Below, piece by piece: positions 46,545 through 54,894 of a stretch of DNA of 61,636 nt. This DNA is from a virus (taxonomy: Duplodnaviria; Caudoviricetes), in IMG/VR virus record IMGVR_UViG_3300048851_000113, positions 1-61,636 of that record; one strand, written 5' to 3'. The translations under genes and the position numbers were made by a program. Numbering within the stretch: position 1 is the stretch's first letter; each line of letters opens with the position of its first letter. A model generated the notes under the pieces. That model searched no databases and had not been told where the DNA came from. It worked only from the letters and a program-made list of their open reading frames with translations.

Positions 46545-48460
46545 GCGCGCTCGCACTGCTCATGGCCGCCGCGGGTCTCGGCTCGGGCGCGGCCCCGACG
46601 ACCTATGTGGACGACGTCTTCTCTGCATACATGTATACGGGCAACGGCGCGGCCCAGACGATCCCGAACGGAGTCAACACGAAGGACTACAAGGCGCTGT
46701 TCATCTCGAAGCGCCTTTCGGGCGCCAGCACCACGGTTCCGAGCGCGCTCGACAACGTGCGCGTGGTCGGAACCACCGACTACGTGCTGTCGATGGGCAC
46801 CCGGACGGACCCCGAGGTCAGCGTCGGGGACGCGATGACCTACCTCGCGTCGGGCTTCACGATCAACGACGGTTACACCGGTCTGAACGGCGGCGCAGAC
46901 GGCCCTTTCGTCGCGCACACCTTCCGCTCGGCCGAGAAGTTCTTCGACATCGTGACGTGGACGGGCGACGGTGCCGCGTCGCGCGCCATTCCGCACGGCC
47001 TGGGCGTTGCGCCGGGCTTCTCGATCGCGAAGTCGCGCAGTGCGTCCGGCATCTGGGCGACTCAGCATCGATCGATCGACGCCACGACGGGCGTGTACTA
47101 CGCCCTCAACACGACGAATGCTGGAATCGTCAACAACGCGGTCTGGAACAGCACGCAGGCGACCGCTACGCACCTCACTGTCGGCTCGTCCTACAACGCC
47201 GCGGGCGTGACCTACGTCGCATATCTCTGGGCGCACGACCCAGCCCCGGACGGAAAGATCAGGTGCGGCTCCTTCGAGGGCGGTTCGACCTTGGTGAACT
47301 TGGGTTGGGAGCCCCAGTACTTGCTGTACCGCAATCTCGCCTCGGGGAACGGATGGCAGGTGCTCGACACGGCGCGTCGCTGGGACGCTCAATTCGCGTC
47401 GACGATCGCCCTGAACTCCGCGGCGAACGAGGTCGTCTCAGCCGCGCCTGTTCTCTTGGGCGACGAGGGCTTCGTGCCGAGCGGTCTTTCCGGGACGTTC
47501 GTGTACATGGCGATTCGGCGATCCACCAAGCCGCCGACGGACGCCTCGAAGGTGTTCTTCTCGCGTGTGCGCCCTGCGCAGGCAGGGCCCGTCACGCAAA
47601 CAGGGGTTCCCTTCGCGCCGGATATGGTCCTGCGCAAGTCGCTCGGCTCGAACAACACCCACTATTTCTGGGACAAGCGACGGGGCGAGGCATACGTCGG
47701 CCCATGGGTGAACTCGCCCGAGAGTGTCATGGCCGGCGGGGCCACAGGAACCGGAGGAGTCGTGCAATTCACGTCCGACGGGTACATCGCGGGGTCGTTC
47801 GGAACTTCGAGTTCCGCGCGAGCGCTCGACTGCTTCTTCAAGCGCGCGGCGGGATTCTTCGATCAGGTGCTCTATACCGGAACGGGGGCGGCGCGTACCG
47901 TCCGACACAATCTCGCCGTCGCGCCCGAGCTGGTAATAGTGAAGCGCCGTGACGCCGCCGGCTACTGGGTCGTGGGCGCCGCGCCGCTCGCGGCCGATCG
48001 CTGGGAATGCATCAACAACCGAAATAACGGGGGGGACGGCACGGGCGCGTTCAACGCCAGGCGTCCGACGGCGGCCGAAATCTCGCTCGGCACGAACGCA
48101 GAAGTCAACGCGCTTGGCGGCCTGTACTTCGCCTACTTGTTCGCCAGCGCCCCCGGGGTCAGCAAGATCGGTTCGTACGTCGGCAACGGCGGCGCGCAGA
48201 ACGTGGACTGCGGATTCACGACCGGGGCGCGCTTCATTCTCATTGTCCGCCTCGGCGCGGCCGCGCCGTGGTTTGTATGGGACGCGGCGCGAGGGATTGT
48301 CGCCAATGCAGACCCGTACTTCGAGTTAGGCGATGCCTTCTCCGAGATTACGACGGACGACGGCGTAGACCCCCTCGCGTCGGGGTTCGTCGTCAATCAG
48401 ACTGCCGCGACCGGCGTGAACGTGGCCGGGGCAACCTACCTTTTTTGGGCAATTGCGTGA
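46541..48460 (+). CDS. Virion adhesin-like protein with internal duplication
   Basis: Repeated YTGNG/WTGDG/YTGTG...HGLGVAP/HNLAVAP...AYLW/AYLF units. Confidence 0.7.
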   Translation: MSALALLMAAAGLGSGAAPTTYVDDVFSAYMYTGNGAAQTIPNGVNTKDYKALFISKRLSGASTTVPSALDNVRVVGTTDYVLSMGTRTDPEVSVGDAMTYLASGFTINDGYTGLNGGADGPFVAHTFRSAEKFFDIVTWTGDGAASRAIPHGLGVAPGFSIAKSRSASGIWATQHRSIDATTGVYYALNTTNAGIVNNAVWNSTQATATHLTVGSSYNAAGVTYVAYLWAHDPAPDGKIRCGSFEGGSTLVNLGWEPQYLLYRNLASGNGWQVLDTARRWDAQFASTIALNSAANEVVSAAPVLLGDEGFVPSGLSGTFVYMAIRRSTKPPTDASKVFFSRVRPAQAGPVTQTGVPFAPDMVLRKSLGSNNTHYFWDKRRGEAYVGPWVNSPESVMAGGATGTGGVVQFTSDGYIAGSFGTSSSARALDCFFKRAAGFFDQVLYTGTGAARTVRHNLAVAPELVIVKRRDAAGYWVVGAAPLAADRWECINNRNNGGDGTGAFNARRPTAAEISLGTNAEVNALGGLYFAYLFASAPGVSKIGSYVGNGGAQNVDCGFTTGARFILIVRLGAAAPWFVWDAARGIVANADPYFELGDAFSEITTDDGVDPLASGFVVNQTAATGVNVAGATYLFWAIA

Positions 48461-49014
48461 TGGCCTATATCAACAAAGATACCCTCGCCTACCCGGTGGC
48501 GCGCGAGCAGATCGACGCGGAGTTCCCCGAGTCGGTATTCCCCTGGTCTGCCCCGGGCTTCGGCGCTCCGGCGCCCTACGCCCTCGTGTTTCCTGCCCCG
48601 ATGCTGCCGTACGACCCGCTCCGGCAGGTGGTCTCCGAGGCCGCTCCGGTGTTGACCCGCAAGGGCCATTGGGAGCAGCGCTGGATCGTCGAGGACCTGC
48701 CGGCCGACGTTGCGGAGCAGGCGGCGCGAGAAGCCTTTAAGCAGCGCACGAAAGTCCTGCAGGCCCAAGTCCAGCAGCACATGGACGACGCGGCCCGCGC
48801 ACTCGGATACGACGACGTCGCGACGGCCGTCACCTACGCGGAGGAGCCTGCTGTCCCGAAGTTCCAGGCCGAGGGCCAGGCGTTCCGCGCGTGGCGCAGC
48901 AGGGTATGGGCGTTCTGCTACTGGCTGATGGACGAGGTGGCCGCCGGCCGTGCACTCGAGCCGACGCCCAACGCGCTGTTCGCTGTTCTTCCCACCCTGG
49001 AGCTTCCCGAATGA
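48460..49014 (+). CDS. Tail fibre assembly/chaperone-like protein
   Basis: GYDDVATAVTYAEEPAVPKFQAEGQAFRAWRS. Confidence 0.75.
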   Translation: MAYINKDTLAYPVAREQIDAEFPESVFPWSAPGFGAPAPYALVFPAPMLPYDPLRQVVSEAAPVLTRKGHWEQRWIVEDLPADVAEQAAREAFKQRTKVLQAQVQQHMDDAARALGYDDVATAVTYAEEPAVPKFQAEGQAFRAWRSRVWAFCYWLMDEVAAGRALEPTPNALFAVLPTLELPE

Positions 49015-49664
49015 ACCGATTCGCCCTGACCCTGGCGGTGCTGCGGTATCTGCCGGCCGCGCTGCTCTCCATCGTCGCCGTGCTGCTCACGTGGTTGCTC
49101 GCGCCGCTGCTGGCGCTTGCTGCATTTGCCACCGAGGATCCGGACACGAAGCAGGGCGATCTGCCGCGCTGGCTGTCCTGGTTCCAGTCGCACGATTTCC
49201 CGCTCGATGAGATCTGGCGACCGTCGCGAGCGGATGAACCCTGGCGTGCCGACGGGCTGTTCTTGAAGAACTTCCGCGACTTCGCGGCGAAGACACCGGC
49301 CGACTTCGGCGCATCGCGGTGGCTGCGGTACCGGGCCCGTGTGCGCTGGCTGTGGCGCAACCCGGCGTATGGCTTCCGCGCGCAGGTGCTGGGCTTCGCC
49401 CGGGCCGGCACGGCGACGGTGCACGACAGCACGCGCGGCGGGGCCTGGGACACCGGCGCCAACAGCTGGGCGTTCACAGTGGCCGAGCGCGCGGGCGCCA
49501 GCGTCTTCACCCGGTCCGCGTTCCATGTCCGCGGGCAGCTGTTTTATCGCCGGGGCGGGGCGCGATACATGCGCATCAACGTCGGATGGAAACTGGTCAT
49601 GCCTGATGTCGCGATGGTGGCCACGCACGTGAACCCGATCCGAAGATGGGAGCCGGCCACATGA
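49011..49664 (+). CDS. Phage membrane-associated hypothetical protein
   Basis: N-terminal hydrophobic helix; LPRWLSWFQ, WLWRNPAYGF. Confidence 0.65.
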   Translation: MNRFALTLAVLRYLPAALLSIVAVLLTWLLAPLLALAAFATEDPDTKQGDLPRWLSWFQSHDFPLDEIWRPSRADEPWRADGLFLKNFRDFAAKTPADFGASRWLRYRARVRWLWRNPAYGFRAQVLGFARAGTATVHDSTRGGAWDTGANSWAFTVAERAGASVFTRSAFHVRGQLFYRRGGARYMRINVGWKLVMPDVAMVATHVNPIRRWEPAT

Positions 49665-49691
49665 TTGCCTCTCCGCACCCGCCACCCAACA

Positions 49692-49715
49692 CCCCGCACC
49701 GAGCGGGGTTTTTTT
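49692..49715 (+). terminator. Intrinsic terminator
   Basis: CCCCGC-ACCGA-GCGGGGTTTTTTT. Confidence 0.75.
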
Positions 49716-49775
49716 CGTCCGGACGAGACCTATGGCAGACCGCCCATATCGACAGACCGCTCCGCGAGGCCGCTC

Positions 49776-50192
49776 ATGCTGACAGTGAATAACGCGCTTG
49801 TGCGCCTGTACGCGTCGTGCTCGATTCTCGTGACGGTCGGCATTGCCGCGGCGGATCGGCATAGCCGACATTTCGAGGCGATGCAGACAGACGGCGCGCA
49901 GGGCTACGTCGCGATGATCGTGCTGGGCACGCTGGCCCTGTTCGGTGTGCTCGACGTCGTCATCAATGACTGGTTCCCGGACCGCATCCGGTGGCGGTTC
50001 CCGCACAAGCACCGGCACCTGATCTACATGCTCATGGCAATGGGCATGGTGGGGATGACGCTCGCGGTCGCGCAGATGGGGGCTATCGCCCCGTTCATTG
50101 CCCGCTACTTACTCGACGCCTTTTTCAGCGTGTACATCGCGATCAAGGGCGTGCAATCCCACTACGTTCAAAGGATCCGGGCGTGCCAATGA
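49776..50192 (+). CDS. Lysis-cassette membrane protein (holin/antiholin candidate)
   Basis: About four hydrophobic segments; GAGG RBS. Confidence 0.6.
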   Translation: MLTVNNALVRLYASCSILVTVGIAAADRHSRHFEAMQTDGAQGYVAMIVLGTLALFGVLDVVINDWFPDRIRWRFPHKHRHLIYMLMAMGMVGMTLAVAQMGAIAPFIARYLLDAFFSVYIAIKGVQSHYVQRIRACQ

Positions 50193-50650
50193 CTACTTTC
50201 CTGCGCCTGCGCCTATCTCTGGTCCTGCTGTGGCCCGTGGCCGTCAGCGCGTCGACTCTCACGTTCGGCAATGCCGTTGAGCAGATTTCGACGTTCGAGT
50301 GGTGCCTGGTCCTGTTCCTTTCCACCCTGGCCGGCACCTCGTCGCTGCTGATCCGGATCTCGAACGACGTCAACGCGGACCCTCCGCGCCCCCTACGTCA
50401 CCCGGTCGTCCTCGGGTGCGCCCACATGGCCGGGTCATGGCTCGTGGGCGTGATGGCTTTTTTCGGTGCGACGAAATTCGGATTTGAAGGCCTCTCCACG
50501 GGGTTGCTCATCGCCGCGATGAGCTTCAGCGGCGCGGCAGGCTGTGACCTGATCTCGCGCGCGATTCTCACCGGCGTGAAGTTCAAGTTGCGCCTGGTGA
50601 GCCCCGGCGAGCCGCCTGCGCCGCCCTCCAACTCGGGAACTCCATCATGA
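50189..50650 (+). CDS. Holin candidate
   Basis: Multiple hydrophobic segments directly before the endolysin. Confidence 0.65.
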   Translation: MTTFLRLRLSLVLLWPVAVSASTLTFGNAVEQISTFEWCLVLFLSTLAGTSSLLIRISNDVNADPPRPLRHPVVLGCAHMAGSWLVGVMAFFGATKFGFEGLSTGLLIAAMSFSGAAGCDLISRAILTGVKFKLRLVSPGEPPAPPSNSGTPS

Positions 50651-51198
50651 ACCTGACAGCACAACAACTGGCGGCCAGTACCGGCGCCACTCTCGCCCGT
50701 GCGCAACTGTGGCTCAACCCGATCGTGCGCGCGATGGCGGAATTCGAGGTGAACACGCCTGCGCGCGCCGCGGCGTTCCTGGCGCAGGTCGGCCACGAGT
50801 CGGGCGGCCTGCGATGGGTCGCCGAGCTTGCAGACGGGTCTGCCTACGACGTCGGCAAGCTGGCGCTCAGCCTCGGCAACACGCCGGAGAAGGACGGGGA
50901 CGGGCAACGGTTCAAGGGGCGGGGGCTGATCCAGCTTACCGGCACGCGCAACTACGTCCTGGCGCTGATGGCGCTGGGCCTGGACGTGCTGAACCACCCG
51001 GACTTGCTGACCGCGCCCGAGGCAGCCGCGCGCGTGGCCGGCTGGTACTGGTGGAACAACCGGCTGAACCGGTTCGCCGACGCCGGAGACTTCATCGGGC
51101 TGACAAAGGCCATCAACGGTGGCGCCAACGGCCTGGCTGACCGCCAGCGCCTGCACGCCGCCGCGCGCGCCGCGCTGGGCATCGGGGCGGTGGCATGA
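50647..51198 (+). CDS. GH19 (chitinase-like) endolysin
   Basis: FLAQVGHESG, GDGQRFKGRGLIQLTG..NY, INGGANGLADR. Confidence 0.92.
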   Translation: MNLTAQQLAASTGATLARAQLWLNPIVRAMAEFEVNTPARAAAFLAQVGHESGGLRWVAELADGSAYDVGKLALSLGNTPEKDGDGQRFKGRGLIQLTGTRNYVLALMALGLDVLNHPDLLTAPEAAARVAGWYWWNNRLNRFADAGDFIGLTKAINGGANGLADRQRLHAAARAALGIGAVA

Positions 51199-51584
51199 GC
51201 ACCGGGTGGCGTTACCTGGCCGTGCTGCTGATCGGCGCGGCGCTCGCCGGCAGCGCGGCATGGGCGTGGCAGGGGAAGACGATCAACACCCTGCAGGCCG
51301 ATCTTCGCACCGCGCGCGGTCGCATCGACGAGCTGGCCGGCGTGAATGGACAGTGCGCCGCGGATGTGGGCGCAGCGAAATTGGCGATGGCCGACCTGGT
51401 GCGCCTCGATGCCGAGCGGTCGGCGATCGCGCATGTGGCCGTCGAAGCTGCCCAGGCACGCGCCGATGCGGCAGCCGGGCGCGCGGCGGACCTCCAGCAG
51501 CGCCCGCCTGCGGATCCCGCGAACACCTGCAGCTCCATCACCGACCTGCGACGCGAATACATGAAGGGGAGGGCGGCGCGATGA
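51195..51584 (+). CDS. Inner-membrane spanin (Rz-like)
   Basis: N-terminal TM segment then coiled coil. Confidence 0.75.
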   Translation: MSTGWRYLAVLLIGAALAGSAAWAWQGKTINTLQADLRTARGRIDELAGVNGQCAADVGAAKLAMADLVRLDAERSAIAHVAVEAAQARADAAAGRAADLQQRPPADPANTCSSITDLRREYMKGRAAR

Positions 51585-51874
51585 ACGGAAATTTCAGAAT
51601 TGACGAATTCGTCAAACTGGGCGGTCTGGCGCTGGTGACGGCGCTGGCCGGCTGCGCAGGGCCGGCGCCGCAGGTGGTCACGCGAACGGTGACCGTCGAG
51701 GTGCCGGTGGGCGTGCCGTGCCGCGCGCCGCAGATCGACCGCCCGGTGTGGCCGCTCGACGTGCTGCCGGCGGATGCCGACGACTACGAGTGGACGCGCG
51801 CCGCGCTGGCCGAGATCGAGATGCGCGAAGCCTACGAAGCGCGACTCGAGGGGGCAGCGGAGGGATGCCGTTGA
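51581..51874 (+). CDS. Outer-membrane spanin lipoprotein (Rz1-like)
   Basis: Lipobox LAGC, Pro-rich region. Confidence 0.78.
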   Translation: MNGNFRIDEFVKLGGLALVTALAGCAGPAPQVVTRTVTVEVPVGVPCRAPQIDRPVWPLDVLPADADDYEWTRAALAEIEMREAYEARLEGAAEGCR

Positions 51875-52371
51875 CCGTGGCGCTGCAGATGCGTGCGCAC
51901 TGCGGGTTCGCACGCGAGCAGCTCGCGCAGCCGCGTGATGTCATCTCGGAACTGCTCAATCTCGATGCGTGCCAGCATTGAGTAGAGCGCATCGACGGTA
52001 CGGCGCAGCGTGTCATGCAGGCGCGCGACCTCCCAAGCGATCGCTTCCGCGTCGCCGGATGCAACAGCGCTCCGAACATCGTGCACCGTCATCGATGGCC
52101 GAAACTTGCGTTCGCTGCGTTCGGTGAATCCCGTCAAGCCAGGTCCATGCAGGGCAATCCACTCGGCCCGCGTGTTCACCACCGGCGCCGATGGATCACG
52201 CAACCAGTACACGCACCCGCCCTCGGGGTTCGGCTGTACGCCGGTGAAGCCCTTCGCGCGCTCGCGCATGCAGGTGGCGTGCCCCATCGGTGCGATATCC
52301 CACATGTGCACGCAGGTGTAGCAGGGCCGCCCGATGGACTGCTCGGGGGTGGTGGGGTAGGTGGTAGCCAT
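51832..52371 (-). CDS. Hypothetical protein with Cys-rich N-domain and helical C-domain
   Basis: CYTCVH...C...CVYW; AIAWEVARLH; GAGG RBS. Confidence 0.65.
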   Translation of the reverse strand: MATTYPTTPEQSIGRPCYTCVHMWDIAPMGHATCMRERAKGFTGVQPNPEGGCVYWLRDPSAPVVNTRAEWIALHGPGLTGFTERSERKFRPSMTVHDVRSAVASGDAEAIAWEVARLHDTLRRTVDALYSMLARIEIEQFRDDITRLRELLACEPAVRTHLQRHGQRHPSAAPSSRAS

Positions 52372-52381
52372 GGCCAGCGCC

Positions 52382-52579
52382 TCAGTCGGGCCGGCAAAGC
52401 TTCGCGCCCGGCGCCCACTGGAGCGTGCCGCGTGCGACCAGCTCGCTCAGGGCAGCCTGCGCGTCACCGGGGGCCACCCGATGCGCGCGGGCGTTGGCCA
52501 GCAGCGTCTTCGCCGTCACCAGTCCGCAGGGGTGACGGTTGAACAGGTACAGCATGGCTTCGGTATCCATGGCCGGCAT
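52382..52579 (-). CDS. Small hypothetical protein, first gene behind the LexA box
   Basis: 65 aa ORF starting about 30 nt from the SOS box. Confidence 0.5.
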   Translation of the reverse strand: MPAMDTEAMLYLFNRHPCGLVTAKTLLANARAHRVAPGDAQAALSELVARGTLQWAPGAKLCRPD

Positions 52580-52611
52580 GGCAAACGCTCTCTGGCTGAA
52601 AACCATCACGA

Positions 52612-52631
52612 TACTGTATGTATGTACAGTA
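52612..52631. promoter_or_regulatory. LexA (SOS) box
   Basis: TACTGTATGTATGTACAGTA fits CTGT-N8-ACAG. Confidence 0.88.
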
Positions 52632-52660
52632 GTGCGCGCTCGCAAGCGGACGAACGGTCG

Positions 52661-52840
52661 TCAGTTAGCTGGCGTCCAGAGATGCGCGTACGCCTCAAGC
52701 ATGAGCGCTATGTCGGTGGCCGCGCCGACGCAGTCCAGCTGTTCGGCCGATCCGGAGGGGTGATCGCGGGCGGCCAGCAACAGCTGATGGGCGGCGGTCA
52801 AGGCGGTTCGCTGGGCGAGGGTTTGCAGGTCGAGTGCCAT
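52661..52840 (-). CDS. Small hypothetical protein
   Basis: 59 aa helical ORF, weak RBS. Confidence 0.35.
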   Translation of the reverse strand: MALDLQTLAQRTALTAAHQLLLAARDHPSGSAEQLDCVGAATDIALMLEAYAHLWTPAN

Positions 52841-52942
52841 GGGGCGAGCATGCGCGGCACCGTGGTCAGCCGACAGGCGGGGAACCCCGTACCAAGGTAG
52901 GATGAAAAGGTGCCGCACGTGCCTCAACCACAGCCTTTCGCG

Positions 52943-53041
52943 TTGGGGGTAAGCTTGGGGGTACGGTTCGCCTTCGGGAAACGCGTTCGCACGTGGTGGC
53001 GACGTTCTACCGCAACAGTTTGGACGTTGTACCACCCACCA
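52943..53041 (+). other. Putative right att region with tRNA-like 3' remnant
   Basis: TTGGGGGTA repeated at 12-bp period (52943, 52955), then GTACCACCCACCA (53029-53041), which resembles a tRNA-Val acceptor end with CCA (recalled, not searched). Confidence 0.55.
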
Positions 53042-53075
53042 GATTCGGCTGGTCGACATTGTCGGCGCGCCACCG

Positions 53076-53114
53076 AAAACCCCCACCAGGCGTGCGCCTC
53101 GTGGGGGTTTTTTT
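53076..53114. terminator. Bidirectional intrinsic terminator
   Basis: AAAACCCCCAC...GTGGGGGTTTTTTT. Confidence 0.8.
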
Positions 53115-53167
53115 ATGTGTAAGTCACGGCGCCCACTCGGCTTTGCGCCACCGGCTTCTGGCTTCCG

Positions 53168-54070
53168 TCAGCCAGCTCCCACCCGCTCCGCCAGAAACGC
53201 CAGAAACGCCTGCACCTTCCGCGAATGCCGTCGGTTCGGCAGGTAGGCCGCGTACACGCACACCGTCTTGTCGCCTGGGTTCACGGTGTAGTCCTCGAAG
53301 AGTCGCCGTACCCGGCCAGCCGTCACGTCGTCCTGCACCAGCCACTGCGCCAGCAGGGCGATGCCCAGGCCATCGACCAGCGCTTCGCGCACCAGGTCGG
53401 CGTTGTTCACTTCCAGTCGGCCGCGCACCTCCACCTTCTCGACCTCCCCCTGCTTCTCGAACGTCCATTGCGGCGACCCATGGTCATAGGCGAACTGCAG
53501 GCACTCGTGTGCGGCCAGGTCCGCCGGGCGCGTTGGTGTCCCGGCACGCTTCAGGTAGTCGTGGCTTGCCACGACAAAACGCTGGTGGTCGGCCAGCCGC
53601 CGCACGATCAGATTCGGATGCCGCTCCGGCGTCCCGATGCGCACGATCACATCCATGCGCTCGGCATGAAGATCCACATTGGCGTCCGTGAGCTGCAGGT
53701 GCAGCGACACCTTCGGATAACGCTGCAGAAAGGCGGCGATGTGCGGACCCAGGCACAGGCGCCCATAGGTGACCGGCACCGATACCCGCAGCGGCCCGAC
53801 GGGTTCCTGATGGAGGTCGGCGACGCTGTCATCGGCGTGCGCCAGTTCCTCGAGGATGCGCGTGACCTGCTCCAGATACTTCTGGCCCGCATCGGTCAGG
53901 GTCACCTGCCGGGTGCTGCGCGTCAGCAGTGCCGTGCCCAGCGACGCTTCCAGCGCGTCCATCTGACGCGTCAGCGACGACGTGGCGACGCCGAGCGCCC
54001 GCGCTGCTCGGGAAAATCCACCTGATTGCGCCACGGTGACGAATGAACGCAGGGAAAGCAGTTTGTCCAT
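53168..54070 (-). CDS. LysR-family transcriptional regulator
   Basis: GGFSRAARALG...LEASLGTALLTRSTRQVTLTDAG. Confidence 0.93.
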   Translation of the reverse strand: MDKLLSLRSFVTVAQSGGFSRAARALGVATSSLTRQMDALEASLGTALLTRSTRQVTLTDAGQKYLEQVTRILEELAHADDSVADLHQEPVGPLRVSVPVTYGRLCLGPHIAAFLQRYPKVSLHLQLTDANVDLHAERMDVIVRIGTPERHPNLIVRRLADHQRFVVASHDYLKRAGTPTRPADLAAHECLQFAYDHGSPQWTFEKQGEVEKVEVRGRLEVNNADLVREALVDGLGIALLAQWLVQDDVTAGRVRRLFEDYTVNPGDKTVCVYAAYLPNRRHSRKVQAFLAFLAERVGAG

Positions 54071-54189
54071 GAGACTACGTTGCGCACGGCGCAATGCCAG
54101 ATTGCTTGAGGTGAGGATTCATATCAGCCGGAGCAAAGCTTAAGCTCGTCTCATTCGTCAGGCAATGGCCTGCTCATTCGAGATTCGTG

Positions 54190-54846
54190 ATGCCCGCCCT
54201 TCAGCTCAGTGTGACCGCCGACTTCATCTGCCCATGGTGCTGGATCGGCCATCGCCATCTGCAATCCGCCCTGGCGGCCGTGTCGCTCAAGACGCCGCCG
54301 CACATTCGTTATCTCCCGTTCGAGCTGAATCCCGACATGCCGGTCGACGGCGTCGACCGCAAGACCTATCGCACGGCCAAGTTCGGCAGCTGGGCCCGGT
54401 CCCAGGCCATGGACGCCGACGTCGCGGCCCGGGGCAGGGCGGTGGGCCTCGCGTTCGATTACGACCGCGTCGCCATCACCCCCAACACGCGCCGCGCCCA
54501 TCGTCTGATGGCGTTCGCCCAGGCGTTCGGAAACGCGCAACGGACTGCCGTCCTGTTCGAGGCCATCTTCGCGGCGTATTTCCGCGACGGCCGTGACATC
54601 GGCGCGCGCGACGTGCTCGCCGATCTCGCGGTCGACGCCGGCTTCGACGGCGCGGCGGTCACCGACTTCCTGGCCGGCAGCGAGGGGGAGCGCGACGTCG
54701 TCGCGGCCGAGCTGGGCGCCGTGGTCGCCGGCATCCGCGCGGTGCCGACCGTGGCGATCGGCGACACCTATATCAGTGGCGCGCAACCGCCCCGGACGCT
54801 GGCGGATGCGCTGATCGCCGCCGACGCCGCGCTGTCCATGACCTGA
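54190..54846 (+). CDS. DsbA/FrnE-family oxidoreductase
   Basis: DFICPWCWIG, PFELNPDMP, VPT, SGAQP. Confidence 0.88.
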   Translation: MPALQLSVTADFICPWCWIGHRHLQSALAAVSLKTPPHIRYLPFELNPDMPVDGVDRKTYRTAKFGSWARSQAMDADVAARGRAVGLAFDYDRVAITPNTRRAHRLMAFAQAFGNAQRTAVLFEAIFAAYFRDGRDIGARDVLADLAVDAGFDGAAVTDFLAGSEGERDVVAAELGAVVAGIRAVPTVAIGDTYISGAQPPRTLADALIAADAALSMT

Positions 54847-54894
54847 CCGCGCCGCACACCCTGCGCCGCCCTGAACTCCATTCCAGGAAGTGCC

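Larger units (their letters stand above)
4452..53041. mobile_element. Lambda-like siphovirus prophage with no integrase gene; ends approximate
   Basis: Contiguous xis, early, immunity, replication, head, tail and lysis modules between xth and a tRNA-like 3' remnant. Confidence 0.9.

Noticed and set aside
43033-49664. Diversity-generating retroelement or invertible tail cassette
   Set aside because: No reverse transcriptase, invertase, or near-identical TR/VR repeat pair seen.
49732-49782. 16-codon upstream ORF overlapping the first lysis gene
   Set aside because: Weak RBS, and the downstream gene has its own RBS; probably chance.
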